A stretch of 64,000 nucleotides of DNA from a virus: positions 68,552 to 132,551 of IMG/VR virus record IMGVR_UViG_3300042868_011620, one strand, 5' to 3'. Made by a program: the position numbers and the translations under genes. This document shows, piece by piece, positions 34,883 to 45,121 of this stretch. Under the pieces are notes generated by a model that worked only from the letters and a program-made list of their open reading frames with translations, ran no database searches and was not told where the DNA came from. How positions within the stretch are numbered: the first letter of the stretch is position 1; each line of letters starts with the position of its first letter.

Positions 34883-34957
34883 TGGCTCCCAAAGTAGGAC
34901 TCGAACCTACAACTTATTCCTTAACAGGGAATCGCTCTGCCATTGAGCTACATGGGA
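34883..34957 (-). tRNA. trnN: tRNA-Asn(GUU)
   Basis: ATTCC-CT-GTT-AA-GGAAT, GCCA end. Confidence 0.9.
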
Positions 34958-34988
34958 GTGTTTGGTTTAAAAATTGTTTATTAGTATA

Positions 34989-35573
34989 TTACTCAATTGG
35001 ATGGCATTTTTCAAAAATTAATTCCATGATGCTCATGTCGATCTTTTTAAAAGATTTTAAAGTGGAAAGAGTTTCGGGCATTTTGTCACTGATGTCTGGA
35101 TAGTATAGCTTGAATGAAATGTCAGTATTGCTAATGAACGTGTAGCACAAGTGGTGCAAATAAGCATTAGCTCTTTGAGAGTACTTTTTGTGGCACCCTA
35201 GATTCCATTTCTTAACTAGTTGAACTGCACGAAATTCACAATCGTGTTCAATCTTTAAAATTTGCCAAAAAGAATTCCAGCTATTCATAGATACCCCTCT
35301 CTCTTTTAAATCACAATAAAAAGAATCATCATGATCCCACAAGGAACTACCATTCACTGCTTGCATCAAGTGGCAAAACTCATGAACAAAAGTATCTTCA
35401 AAAAGAGAATCTTTTCTAGCTACCACCATTGTGTTTCCATCGCAAAAGCCTAAACAATTTCCACTATTACGAACATAAAATGTTGGTCGTATATCTATTC
35501 TCTTTTTATGCTTGCGAGCATACTTGCAAGCCCAGCTATGAAAGAGTTTAAAATTAGGAGAAAATTTATTCAT
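34989..35573 (-). CDS. HExxH zinc metallopeptidase-like protein
   Basis: FVHEFCHLMQ...EHDCE. Confidence 0.7.
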   Translation of the reverse strand: MNKFSPNFKLFHSWACKYARKHKKRIDIRPTFYVRNSGNCLGFCDGNTMVVARKDSLFEDTFVHEFCHLMQAVNGSSLWDHDDSFYCDLKERGVSMNSWNSFWQILKIEHDCEFRAVQLVKKWNLGCHKKYSQRANAYLHHLCYTFISNTDISFKLYYPDISDKMPETLSTLKSFKKIDMSIMELIFEKCHPIE

Positions 35574-35652
35574 TGACTGAGAAAAATGAACAAAGCAAAA
35601 ACCCTAAGCAAAAGCACAAACTACATAAAAAAAAAGTGATCATAAAAAAGTG

Positions 35653-35724
35653 AGCCTTCGACAGGACTTGAACCCGCAATATCCTCATTACAAGTGAGGT
35701 GCTTCACCATTAAGCTACGAAGGC
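35653..35724 (-). tRNA. trnT: tRNA-Thr(UGU)
   Basis: CCTCA-CT-TGT-AA-TGAGG. Confidence 0.9.
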
Positions 35725-35732
35725 AAATAAAG

Positions 35733-35805
35733 TGGAGAAGTGGGGACTCGAACCCCAGGCAAATAGCTTGCAAAGCTACCGCTCTACCAACTGAGCTACA
35801 TCCCC
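35733..35805 (-). tRNA. trnA: tRNA-Ala(UGC)
   Basis: GTAGC-TT-TGC-AA-GCTAT; G3:U70 pair. Confidence 0.9.
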
Positions 35806-36043
35806 ATAAAGTATGATATCATAAGAGGAGAATGTTTCAAGAGAAATCTACAAGCCAATTTTCGATTCAATTCTACTGCAAAATTTATTGAGAAAATTTG
35901 GAAAAGCTTTTTTTCGCATTTGACAAAATGCGCTAATTGGCATGATTATAATAGTATAAAAAACAATATAAAGAAACATAGTCATTCGATTCATAATTTT
36001 AATTATTATATTTTACATGTAATACGAGCATTTGTTTAGATTT

Positions 36044-36739
36044 TTAATTGGAAGCGACGATTCTATTCATCCATTTTTGTACTCCACTAGTCCAATGTTT
36101 ATTAATGCCACTAGGATCATTATAGTCTTTGCTTTTTTTATTCGTGATCACGGGGCAATACTTGGCTTGAATTTTAGAGATACTAATTCTTCCGTCGTCA
36201 ATATAATTTTCTTTTAAATTGGATGCTGTTCTGGTTAAGCACTCAGTTACAGATGAGAACTTTATTGGACCCCATTTACCAGTCAATTTATTACGATACA
36301 TTTGGCCGCTCACATTATTATATTTTTTAGCATAAATGGATTCTCCATTGCCACTTTCATGACAGCAAACTGCTGCCAAAAACAATGGACAGATTTTATA
36401 CTTGTTACTAATATTAACAATCTCTTGACCTTTATTCAGCAGTTTGCCTTTTAAAGTTTTGTTTAAAAATTTAGCTGTTAATGGATAAGGTTTAGTAACG
36501 TTATAATAGGATGAAATTTTTTGTTTAGGCGCAACTTGAACAGGAGTTTTAGCTGATGATTTAATGTACGACTCTAAAACTTCATCTTGGATAGGATCGG
36601 CTGAATATGCAATAGCATCTCTCTCAGGATTCAAGTTAAATGATGGTCTAGAACTATTGAATTTAAATGATGGTTTAGAGCAAGAGCATATTCCCATCAA
36701 TGCCAAATTAGAATAAATAAATAATTTAATTAGTTTCAT
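36044..36739 (-). CDS. glucosaminidase-like (GH73-type) muramidase, possible lipoprotein
   Basis: LAAVCCHESGNG...NNVSG...FSSVTE...KYCP; N-terminal LMGICSC. Confidence 0.75.
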   Translation of the reverse strand: MKLIKLFIYSNLALMGICSCSKPSFKFNSSRPSFNLNPERDAIAYSADPIQDEVLESYIKSSAKTPVQVAPKQKISSYYNVTKPYPLTAKFLNKTLKGKLLNKGQEIVNISNKYKICPLFLAAVCCHESGNGESIYAKKYNNVSGQMYRNKLTGKWGPIKFSSVTECLTRTASNLKENYIDDGRISISKIQAKYCPVITNKKSKDYNDPSGINKHWTSGVQKWMNRIVASN

Positions 36740-36822
36740 AGCAATAGAGTTTACATTTAAAGTTTTCACCAATTATAACCTGCAACTAATATAGCAGGGT
36801 TGCATCATCATGCAAGCTGAAA

Positions 36823-37734
36823 TTACGAATTATTCGCTGCTAATTGGCGGATTTTAAAAATAGCATGACATTTGTGCTTCAACTCAACATCCCAAAATAC
36901 TGGACGATTATAATTTGGAGGATAACCTGTTGGCATGTCAGCATGTTTACGAGTCTCTTTACCCTTCTCTACTATTCCCTCTGAGTAATGAAACAATGGA
37001 GTGATGAAGTTCCAAGAGTCTGCTGCTGAATGGAAAGCGTAATCAGGAGTCCAGTCATCACTCAACAGCTTGTGATGCAATGCGTCGAATGTGATAGGAA
37101 TGTTTGGAAAGTATTGAAGAAGATTCTTGATGCTCCAAACTCCTTTAGCATTGTCATTGTTCTCAATGACGAGTCGATTGCGAATAGAGTTGGGCAAAGA
37201 GTCGTAAACTTTCATCACTCTTCTTGCAATGCCCAATGGTTCTCCATCTTGTCGAACGTGAATGTTTAATGGACTTTGATAAGTTTCTGGCAAGCCAAGC
37301 AGGTCAAAGATTTCAGCATGTTGCTTCAAGTCAAGAATACTATTCTCAATGCAATTCTCATCCAAAGAGCTTAGTGTGATGTACTCACTAGGATGAGCAG
37401 AAATGCGCAGATACTGTTTCTGCAATGTTTGCTTGATGCTTTCACACTCTTGCAAAATCAAAGGATAATTTGGCAAGTCGCTAATCTTTAAATTAACATT
37501 TTTATGAGTGAGAACTGGAGCAAGAGATGATGAGAGTCGATATCCTTGAATGTAATTGTTTTGGCAGTATTTAATTGTACGATGAGTAATTTGAAAGTTG
37601 TGCAAAATGCGAGCGCACAATTCATTCATAGATTCATCTTGAGGGTTTTTACAAAACTGAGTGTAAGTCATTGTTTTAAAACGATGACCTTCATCAGAGA
37701 GACTTTTAGAGATGCAGCAAAGGGATAAGTTCAT
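36823..37734 (-). CDS. uvsE: UV damage endonuclease UvsE/UVDE
   Basis: YRLSS, RISAHP, LNIH, RLVIENND, TFDALHH, FHYSE, HAD and ELKHK motifs. Confidence 0.9.
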   Translation of the reverse strand: MNLSLCCISKSLSDEGHRFKTMTYTQFCKNPQDESMNELCARILHNFQITHRTIKYCQNNYIQGYRLSSSLAPVLTHKNVNLKISDLPNYPLILQECESIKQTLQKQYLRISAHPSEYITLSSLDENCIENSILDLKQHAEIFDLLGLPETYQSPLNIHVRQDGEPLGIARRVMKVYDSLPNSIRNRLVIENNDNAKGVWSIKNLLQYFPNIPITFDALHHKLLSDDWTPDYAFHSAADSWNFITPLFHYSEGIVEKGKETRKHADMPTGYPPNYNRPVFWDVELKHKCHAIFKIRQLAANNS

Positions 37735-37767
37735 GCTTCAATATGCCGAGAGTTCATGCCTCGTCAA

Positions 37768-37887
37768 CTATTTTTTGGGATTTTTTGGAATTTCAACTTT
37801 ACGAAAGATTTTATCATAGTTGTCTCTGTAGGCTTTTAAGTTTGCGCCTTTGCGAAGTTTTGATCCTTTTCCAGCTTCTTTATTCAT
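37768..37887 (-). CDS. small basic phage protein (39 aa, not in ORF track)
   Basis: MNKEAGKGSKLR...YRDNYDKIFRK. Confidence 0.6.
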   Translation of the reverse strand: MNKEAGKGSKLRKGANLKAYRDNYDKIFRKVEIPKNPKK

Positions 37888-37908
37888 AATATGAGTGTAA
37901 TTTATTTT

Positions 37909-39240
37909 ATGGCGCAGACATATACTTTTCAAAATTTAAATCAACTAGCTCACTCTGCTGGGCATGTTCCTTTCATCTATGATCGACAAAATGATTATTA
38001 TAGAGCAATGGAAAATTCAGACATGGGCTTGTTGAATAGCTCAAGCTCTACAAGTTTAGATGCTTTTGGCAGATTGAGAACTTCCACGCCATTAACATTA
38101 TTCGACTCCTCTCATAGATATACTGATAATAATTTGTGGAATACTTTGAGTGGAACTGGAGGAGCTATAGCTTTTAATGCTAATCAAGGATTAATGGATT
38201 TAAGCACTACAACAGCTTCTGGCTCTGCTGTTATCAGAGAAACTACAAAAGTTTTTGCTTATCAAGCTGGCAAGTCATTACTCACCATGAATACTTTTGT
38301 CATGTCGCCAGCCAAAGCTAATTTAAGACAAAGAATCGGTTATTTCTCTGCTGAAAATGGAATGTATTTAGAATTAAATGGAACTAATTTAAGTCTTGTA
38401 AAAAGAAGTCTTGTGGGAGGTTCAGTGTCTAATACTTCAGTTCTTCAAGCATCTTGGAATGGAGATAAACTAGATGGAACTGGACCTTCTCGTTTAACCT
38501 TGGACGTTACAAAAGCTCAAATTTTGTGGATGGATTTTGAATGGTTGGGAGTTGGAACTGTTCGTACTGGTTTTATTATTAATGGACAATTTATTGTTTG
38601 CCATTCTTTTCATCATGCTAATTTAATTTCTTCTACTTATATCACAACAGCTTCTTTGCCGCTTAGATATGAATTAGTTAATACTAATACTACTGCTACT
38701 GCTAGTACTTTAAAACAAATATGCTCCACCGTTTTATCAGAAGGTGGATATGAAGTACGAGGATCTCAAAACGTAGTTTCTCTTCCTGTTGCCTCTCCTA
38801 GAACTTGTACGCTTGCTAATGTTGAATATCCAGTAATCTCTTTAAGATTAAAATCAAATAAATTAGATGCTATCGCTATACTATCAGCAGTAAGTGCTAT
38901 AGGACTTGGTAATAATGCATTATTTAATTGGACATTAGCTGCAAATGGAACTACAAGCGGAGGAAGTTGGATTACTCAAAGCGATAATGCTGCAATAGAA
39001 TATAATATAAGTGGAACTGGATTTGCTATTGGCTCTGGAAGATACATTGCTGGAGGATATTTCTCATCTGACTCTCAAGGAAGAGTGCCAATAACTCTTG
39101 CTGGAACTGATTTATTTAAATTTCAATTTGAAAGAAATTCTTTAACATCAACTCCATATGAGCTATCATTTGTTGTTTCGTCTAAAGCTGCTGGAGATTT
39201 AGCTTATGCATCTATTGACTGGGAAGAAGTGGTAAAATAA
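37909..39240 (+). CDS. virion structural protein
   Basis: LDAFGRLRTS...YQAGKS...WNGDKLDG...WLGVG...LPLRYE pattern recalled from phage structural proteins; GTGTAA upstream. Confidence 0.7.
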   Translation: MAQTYTFQNLNQLAHSAGHVPFIYDRQNDYYRAMENSDMGLLNSSSSTSLDAFGRLRTSTPLTLFDSSHRYTDNNLWNTLSGTGGAIAFNANQGLMDLSTTTASGSAVIRETTKVFAYQAGKSLLTMNTFVMSPAKANLRQRIGYFSAENGMYLELNGTNLSLVKRSLVGGSVSNTSVLQASWNGDKLDGTGPSRLTLDVTKAQILWMDFEWLGVGTVRTGFIINGQFIVCHSFHHANLISSTYITTASLPLRYELVNTNTTATASTLKQICSTVLSEGGYEVRGSQNVVSLPVASPRTCTLANVEYPVISLRLKSNKLDAIAILSAVSAIGLGNNALFNWTLAANGTTSGGSWITQSDNAAIEYNISGTGFAIGSGRYIAGGYFSSDSQGRVPITLAGTDLFKFQFERNSLTSTPYELSFVVSSKAAGDLAYASIDWEEVVK

Positions 39241-39807
39241 TTAAATCAAAAAATCTTTCCACTCTTCTCTTTGCGCATTAGCATTTAAAACAAAAGCTGG
39301 AATAGGTGGAGCATTCACTTGTTCATTTTTAATGTTAAAAAATGGGAATTGACTTCCTTTTCGATTGTTGCATTTTGTGCAAGCAAGAGTTCTATTGTGA
39401 TGATCATCTGTTCCGCCATTACTTTTTGGCAAGATGTGGTCGATTGTCAATTCGCAAAGTTTAAATTTATTTAAACAATACTGACATCTATAATTATAAA
39501 TTTTTGCTAGCTCGCCAAGAGAGAGCTTAGTCTTTTTGTATTGGCGGAAAAACTTGTGAGTAACCACAATGATTGTGGGAATGGGCCAAGACTTTTGAGA
39601 GCTTCTTAAAACTGGTTGATTTTCAAAAAACGAACCGTTTTTAATCCACTGAGAAAAAGTGGAGAATATATTTTGATTAGCATCAACAGCACCAACTCTT
39701 TCTTTTAAAATATGTAAAAAAGCTGCGCGAGCAGTGACAGCGCAAACTGGTTGCCATGCACTGTTTAAAAGTAAAGAAACTTTAGCATTTGGATCTACTG
39801 CATTCAT
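39241..39807 (-). CDS. HNH endonuclease
   Basis: CQYC...TIDHILPKSNGG...N...ACTKCNNRKG. Confidence 0.9.
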   Translation of the reverse strand: MNAVDPNAKVSLLLNSAWQPVCAVTARAAFLHILKERVGAVDANQNIFSTFSQWIKNGSFFENQPVLRSSQKSWPIPTIIVVTHKFFRQYKKTKLSLGELAKIYNYRCQYCLNKFKLCELTIDHILPKSNGGTDDHHNRTLACTKCNNRKGSQFPFFNIKNEQVNAPPIPAFVLNANAQREEWKDFLI

Positions 39808-39898
39808 ATAAACAATCAATGGTAAAGAATGCTCTCCTCACGGCATGAAGCTATGAGGAGAGCGCAAGCAACTAGCAAAAAGAGATTTTCATTTCTCT

Positions 39899-40108
39899 TT
39901 AATCATCCACGGGGGAAGAGTTTTCAGGAGTTGGACCCCAAACAAATTCAGAAGAGATTCTTTCTTTGCCTTCGGTAACAACTCTCATAATATATCCATT
40001 GCATTGACTAGCGCAACATTTAGCCCACTTGAGAGAATCTTCAAGAGCTTCATTATAAGATTGGATGAATTCTCCATTGGGAGAAAAGATGTAGTATGAA
40101 CTATTCAT
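39899..40108 (-). CDS. hypothetical protein
   Basis: 69-aa ORF in operon. Confidence 0.65.
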   Translation of the reverse strand: MNSSYYIFSPNGEFIQSYNEALEDSLKWAKCCASQCNGYIMRVVTEGKERISSEFVWGPTPENSSPVDD

Positions 40109-40350
40109 TAGTTTTTAGAGCGAGCGATTAGATGTTCGTGGATTTCGGTTCGGGCAGGTTTATCAAGAAGACGACCCTCGTCTTGTGGTAATTGATTGAT
40201 TAATTCATCTGGGCTAACGTTCAAAACGTAAGCCATGCATTTCACTTTGCGCAAAATGCCAATTTCTTTATATTTTAAAATTGCCCACAAGGCATCAAGC
40301 CCAGTAGCGTCAATTTCATCAATTAAATTTTTTAATGTGGTGGATCTCAT
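40108..40350 (-). CDS. hypothetical protein
   Basis: MRSTTLK...; coupled to its neighbours. Confidence 0.65.
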   Translation of the reverse strand: MRSTTLKNLIDEIDATGLDALWAILKYKEIGILRKVKCMAYVLNVSPDELINQLPQDEGRLLDKPARTEIHEHLIARSKN

Positions 40351-40351
40351 T

Positions 40352-40606
40352 TTAGTTGTTGGAGAGTTTGAGTTCAAAAGTTACTAGTCCTAATTCATCT
40401 TTATTAGCTAAGAAACCACTGATTAGAATAGTTTTTTCATCAATGAAAAAAGTGTTTTTAATTTCCATCGTGTATTCAACATCGTTTAGAAAAACAGTGT
40501 GAATGACATGATCGTTATTTGGCAAACAGTTTAATCGTATCTGATAAGATTGAAGTGGATCTAGTTGTATGAAGTTGAAGCTTGATTCGATGAGTTTAGC
40601 AATCAT
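40352..40606 (-). CDS. hypothetical protein
   Basis: 84-aa ORF with ATGA overlap. Confidence 0.65.
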   Translation of the reverse strand: MIAKLIESSFNFIQLDPLQSYQIRLNCLPNNDHVIHTVFLNDVEYTMEIKNTFFIDEKTILISGFLANKDELGLVTFELKLSNN

Positions 40607-41118
40607 TTTGTGAATATAATGTGTTTTATGTTGTCTATTATGTCAGTTATTTTTATGAGAGAGAGAAGGTCTTTTCGATTTTTTCGTTGGTACCCAGTAT
40701 AGAGAGGCATGTGACTATGCACATTAATCAAGGAAGTGTCAACGAGTTTTTCAGAGAGTTTTGCTAAAGACTGTCGATTCACCATGATAAAATCGCTTTC
40801 GCGTTCAAAGCAAATGAAATCAGCTTTGCCGTATAGCCATCCATTGCGACCCTGCACGTTTTTAAATTCAATCCAAATCAAATCATCGTTGACTGAACTA
40901 TCTGCACGATTGATTTTTTTTCTACTTTTAACATCAACAGAAATTTCTAATCCTTTTTCAGACTTTAGATAGAAGTCTATGTGATTCATTTCATCATTAA
41001 AGGATGCTTTTGCAACTTGAAATCCATTTTTTTGAGCACAAGAAGAGAAACAGTTCTCAGCATTCTGCCCCATCTCTAAAGCTGCACCGCTCGAATCAAA
41101 TTTGTTTTTATTCAACAT
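40603..41118 (-). CDS. PD-(D/E)xK nuclease-like protein
   Basis: GQNAE...HIDF...VDVKSRK...WIEF...GWLYGKAD. Confidence 0.7.
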   Translation of the reverse strand: MLNKNKFDSSGAALEMGQNAENCFSSCAQKNGFQVAKASFNDEMNHIDFYLKSEKGLEISVDVKSRKKINRADSSVNDDLIWIEFKNVQGRNGWLYGKADFICFERESDFIMVNRQSLAKLSEKLVDTSLINVHSHMPLYTGYQRKNRKDLLSLIKITDIIDNIKHIIFTK

Positions 41119-41578
41119 GTTGTTTATACCAATAAGCTACAATTTTGTCATTGTCAACAACTATTTTACACGATTTCATATAACGTTTAATCCAAGAAAG
41201 ATATTGTTTTAATTTAAATTTGCGAGAAACATCGCTATAAATGTATTCGCAATTTGGATTTTGGTCGAAAAGAAAAGAATTAAATTCATCTAACGCTTCA
41301 TTTATCTTGGAGTGTTGAAATGAAATGTTCATTATAAAAAGTATTTTTATATTATTGTTTATTTTTTTGAGAGAGATAAAAAGTTCCTCTCCTCTTTCAG
41401 AAACAATTAAATAATTTAATTCTTCAGTCTCTAAATATTTGATGAAATCAATAATTTTATTTTTGCGAATAGATGCTGAAGAGACTAAACAAAAGTCTAA
41501 TGGTTTAGAAGTTTTGCAAAATTCAAAAATCTTATTTGTTAAACTCGCGTCAAATGCATTTATTAATTTAAAATTCAT
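41108..41578 (-). CDS. hypothetical protein
   Basis: 156-aa ORF. Confidence 0.65.
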   Translation of the reverse strand: MNFKLINAFDASLTNKIFEFCKTSKPLDFCLVSSASIRKNKIIDFIKYLETEELNYLIVSERGEELFISLKKINNNIKILFIMNISFQHSKINEALDEFNSFLFDQNPNCEYIYSDVSRKFKLKQYLSWIKRYMKSCKIVVDNDKIVAYWYKQHVE

Positions 41579-41617
41579 AATTTATTAGTATTATAGTTAC
41601 ATAGTGTAAAGTATAAT

Positions 41618-44056
41618 ATGGGAAAAGGTCAAGATAAAATAGCTATTAGCTTAATGGATTTGCAACCCACTGCTATTGTAGAGTTTTTTTTACTGTATTT
41701 CAATACAATTGATAGAGAAGATTCTTTTATTGCTTTTCATGGTGGATCTAATTTTAACAAGGGAATAGTTTGGCAAGGAATAACTTATTTGCCAGTTCCA
41801 GTAGAAACTGAAGGCTTTGAAATTAATGCTAATAGTCAAATGCCAAGACCAAAAATTAGAATTTCTAATAAAGATTATTTTGTAACAGACATGTTGATTC
41901 GTAATAGCGATTTTCAATATTCAAAAGTTATTAGAAAGAGAACGTTTGTTAAGTATATTGATGATGTTAATTTTGATGGAGGAAATCCTTGGGGAGAAGC
42001 TGATGCTTCTGCTGAGATTAGCAATGAATCTTACATCATTAGTCAAAAAACTGCTGAAAATAAAAACTTTGTAGAGTTTGAATTAACTTCTCCATTAGAT
42101 TTAGATAATTTTGAACTTAATAATCGTTTAATTTTATCAAGATATTGTTCTTGGGTATATAGAGGACCAGGTTGTAATTACAATGGAAGTCCAATTCAAA
42201 CTGAAGATGGAGTGGACATAATTTATAAAGTTCCAGAAGGGCCTCAAACTCAAAGTCAATTATGGTCACAGGGAACTGATTATAAGATTGGAGATGCTGT
42301 TTATTTAGAAAATAAAAGAATAAAAATTGCTGCTATCGATAGCAACACTGCTATTATTCCTGCTGATCCCATTGAAGTTACTGATGCAACTGTTGCTGCG
42401 GAACAGGAGGCTGAAAAGAATGCTAGCGCTAATCGTTCAGATTATGTTAAAATTTGGTTCGTTGCCAAACAAAACCACAAATCTTCTGATGCCACAAAAC
42501 CAGATGATAATTCATCATATTGGATAAAAGATGGATGCTCTAAAAAATTGAGCGCTTGTAAGTTAAGATTTACTCAAAAATCATACTTTTTACAAAGACT
42601 AGATGATGTAAAAATTACTAATCAATACGTTGATTTTTCTTTTAAGAAAACAAATCCAACTAATAATGTTGCTTTAGATTTTGCAGGAATTACGGGAGAT
42701 GTTATTTATCTCGATAATACTGCATCATATGCAGTAGACGACAATCCTAATACTTATTGGGCTGGAGGAACTATTAACGCAAGTGGAAATATCAACCTAC
42801 CCAATCTTCCAAGCTGCAATATTAATAGAATTAACTTGTACGATTCCACAGACTCACTTATAAATTATGGAACGGGATACGCTATATTTTCTGGGACCAC
42901 TGTTACTACTGGTACTGTAGGTTTACTTCCAACAGATGGATCAATGAAGTCTACAGGTAATTTCAATTTCACCAATGTAACTGGAGTTTCAATACGATCT
43001 TCTGGTACGGCTGGAGTTGTCAGAGGGTTGTCTCAAATAGATTTAATTGATAATGGACAGGCTTATGGTTTATATAATGAAACTTTTAAAACTGATGGTG
43101 TTCATAAAGGTGAGGGATTTTTAATTGGCATGTGGGGAGAGTTTCCAAGTGGTGTTAATGATGCAGTAGCATTTAATTTATTTCATAACGTTAATACTGG
43201 ATGTCAATATAGCGGTATTAATTTATACTTATCAGGCAATCTTGTTATTTGCGATTTCGCTACTACTTCTATACGAGACGATATAGCATCTGCGCCTGGC
43301 ACCAGAGGTCCAGTTGTAATTTCTAATCAATCAATTACTGGATCTTATCCTCAAATTTTTAATCAAAGTAAGTTTTGTTTATTTTTAGAAAATTATCAAT
43401 TCAATAGCAACTCAACAGGAGAATTAAATTCTAGATTAATAATATATGATCAAAATAAAGAAATTATAGCTCAATATTCTCCATCAATAAAAAATATAGA
43501 TGAACGCTATTCTGGAGAATCATTCTTATTTAAAGATCCATTAAGGCAAAATGGAATAAATAATTTACATTTTGGAGTTAATCAGTGGCAGGATTATGTG
43601 AGAGGAATAACTTACACTTCTCCAATGCTTTTAGGATCAACTGCTATTTGGACTAGCGCTTTAACTGAAAGCGATACTCGGCAAGATCTTTTCACTGCAA
43701 ATCGTAGCGGTTCAAACAATGCATTTTCAAATTTTAACGGTTTGGGTGATCCATCCAAAGCGTTTGCGCTTAATTATAATCAACTCGAAGCAGCTTCAGT
43801 TGCAAAAAATAATCTTTATGCTTGGTGGGATATGGATCTCCCTACTATACCATCCGCAGGATATTATAAAATAAATAATAGTCACTCCACCACCCCACCA
43901 ACATCTCGCTCGTTAATTTTGACGGGAATTTATTTTAGCGGTTTAGAAAAAGTTATTCCCACAACTGTTTCGCAATATAAATTTATAGAAAATGCCACAC
44001 CAACAATTGGACTGCCATTTGGCGGTTTTCCAGCAACAGATCGTTATGGAAGATAA
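41618..44056 (+). CDS. lambda gpL-like minor tail protein with large insertion
   Basis: WQGITYLPVPVETEGFE, KVIRKRTFVKYID, FELTSPLD, CSWVYRGPGC, CSKKLSACKLRF and terminal LPFGGFP. Confidence 0.85.
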   Translation: MGKGQDKIAISLMDLQPTAIVEFFLLYFNTIDREDSFIAFHGGSNFNKGIVWQGITYLPVPVETEGFEINANSQMPRPKIRISNKDYFVTDMLIRNSDFQYSKVIRKRTFVKYIDDVNFDGGNPWGEADASAEISNESYIISQKTAENKNFVEFELTSPLDLDNFELNNRLILSRYCSWVYRGPGCNYNGSPIQTEDGVDIIYKVPEGPQTQSQLWSQGTDYKIGDAVYLENKRIKIAAIDSNTAIIPADPIEVTDATVAAEQEAEKNASANRSDYVKIWFVAKQNHKSSDATKPDDNSSYWIKDGCSKKLSACKLRFTQKSYFLQRLDDVKITNQYVDFSFKKTNPTNNVALDFAGITGDVIYLDNTASYAVDDNPNTYWAGGTINASGNINLPNLPSCNINRINLYDSTDSLINYGTGYAIFSGTTVTTGTVGLLPTDGSMKSTGNFNFTNVTGVSIRSSGTAGVVRGLSQIDLIDNGQAYGLYNETFKTDGVHKGEGFLIGMWGEFPSGVNDAVAFNLFHNVNTGCQYSGINLYLSGNLVICDFATTSIRDDIASAPGTRGPVVISNQSITGSYPQIFNQSKFCLFLENYQFNSNSTGELNSRLIIYDQNKEIIAQYSPSIKNIDERYSGESFLFKDPLRQNGINNLHFGVNQWQDYVRGITYTSPMLLGSTAIWTSALTESDTRQDLFTANRSGSNNAFSNFNGLGDPSKAFALNYNQLEAASVAKNNLYAWWDMDLPTIPSAGYYKINNSHSTTPPTSRSLILTGIYFSGLEKVIPTTVSQYKFIENATPTIGLPFGGFPATDRYGR

Positions 44057-44456
44057 CATTTTAAACTCTAGAGTTTTAGCAATCGCAGATTTCGTAGAGA
44101 ATAGCTCTTATCAGAATCAATCAGTAGAGATTTGCGGTTTTATTGGTTATTCATCATCTGCTAAAAAATATATTGCTCAATTAGAAAATAATATGTCATC
44201 TGATCCTAGAAACTTTTTTGCAATTAGTCCTTCTAGATATTTAAATTTTAAACAGAACCATGATATGATTGCAATTTTTCACAGTCACATCATGGGAGAT
44301 GAAAAACCATCCGAGTTTGATATTAAAATGTCCGAGAGTTGCTGCGTTCCTTTTTTAATCTTTTCAATTAATTCAAAGAAGTTTCATCTTTATGAGCCTC
44401 AAAACAAAGAATATGATGTAAAACTAGTATCAAGGTTTAAGGAAAAAATAAAATGA
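44046..44456 (+). CDS. lambda gpK-like JAB/MPN-domain tail assembly protein
   Basis: EICGFI...FHSH...PSEFD; lies between the L- and I-like genes. Confidence 0.8.
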   Translation: MEDNILNSRVLAIADFVENSSYQNQSVEICGFIGYSSSAKKYIAQLENNMSSDPRNFFAISPSRYLNFKQNHDMIAIFHSHIMGDEKPSEFDIKMSESCCVPFLIFSINSKKFHLYEPQNKEYDVKLVSRFKEKIK

Positions 44457-45121
44457 CTACTATAAATCTACATGGAATTTTAGCAAAAGAGTTTGGGAAG
44501 GTTTTTTCTATGGAAATTAGAAAACCAAAAGATGCCATCATGGCTATCAATGTGAACAAGCCAAATTTTATTAAAAGAATTACAGATTTATCGCAAGAAG
44601 GAATTCACTATTCTGTTCTTGTTGATGGCAAAGATGTTAAAGATTATTTAGAATTAGAAATTAAAAAAATTCCCAATGTTATTGATATCATTCCTTTAAT
44701 TTGCGGATCTGGAGTTACTATAGCTATAATTGGAGCTATTGGAATGTACGCATCTGGAGCAGCTGTAAGCGCAGGTATTATAAGTGCTGGTGTGGGTACG
44801 TTTTTAGGAAGTTTAGCCGCAGCAGTTTTAAGTTATGGAGTTCAAATGATGTTAGCTCCTGATCCTGCTAAAGCTGGTAAAGCTCCAAGCATTGAAGTTG
44901 GAGGAATGAAAGAATCTTTTATTTTTAGTAGCAAGGCTAATTTAGTTGAACAAGGCTCTCCAGTTCCTGTTGGATATGGTAGATTAAGAATTGGATCAAA
45001 TGTTATTGGAACTTCTGTTAAATCGTATCCAAATAAAAGCGAAGTTCAAAAGCACATGGATACAAGCTATTCTCCTAGTACTGAGTATGTTGCATCAAGA
45101 ATAATTAGAAAGACAAAATGA
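44453..45121 (+). CDS. lambda gpI-like tail assembly protein
   Basis: INLHGILAKEFG...IIPLICGS...QGSPVPVGYGRLRIGS. Confidence 0.85.
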   Translation: MTTINLHGILAKEFGKVFSMEIRKPKDAIMAINVNKPNFIKRITDLSQEGIHYSVLVDGKDVKDYLELEIKKIPNVIDIIPLICGSGVTIAIIGAIGMYASGAAVSAGIISAGVGTFLGSLAAAVLSYGVQMMLAPDPAKAGKAPSIEVGGMKESFIFSSKANLVEQGSPVPVGYGRLRIGSNVIGTSVKSYPNKSEVQKHMDTSYSPSTEYVASRIIRKTK

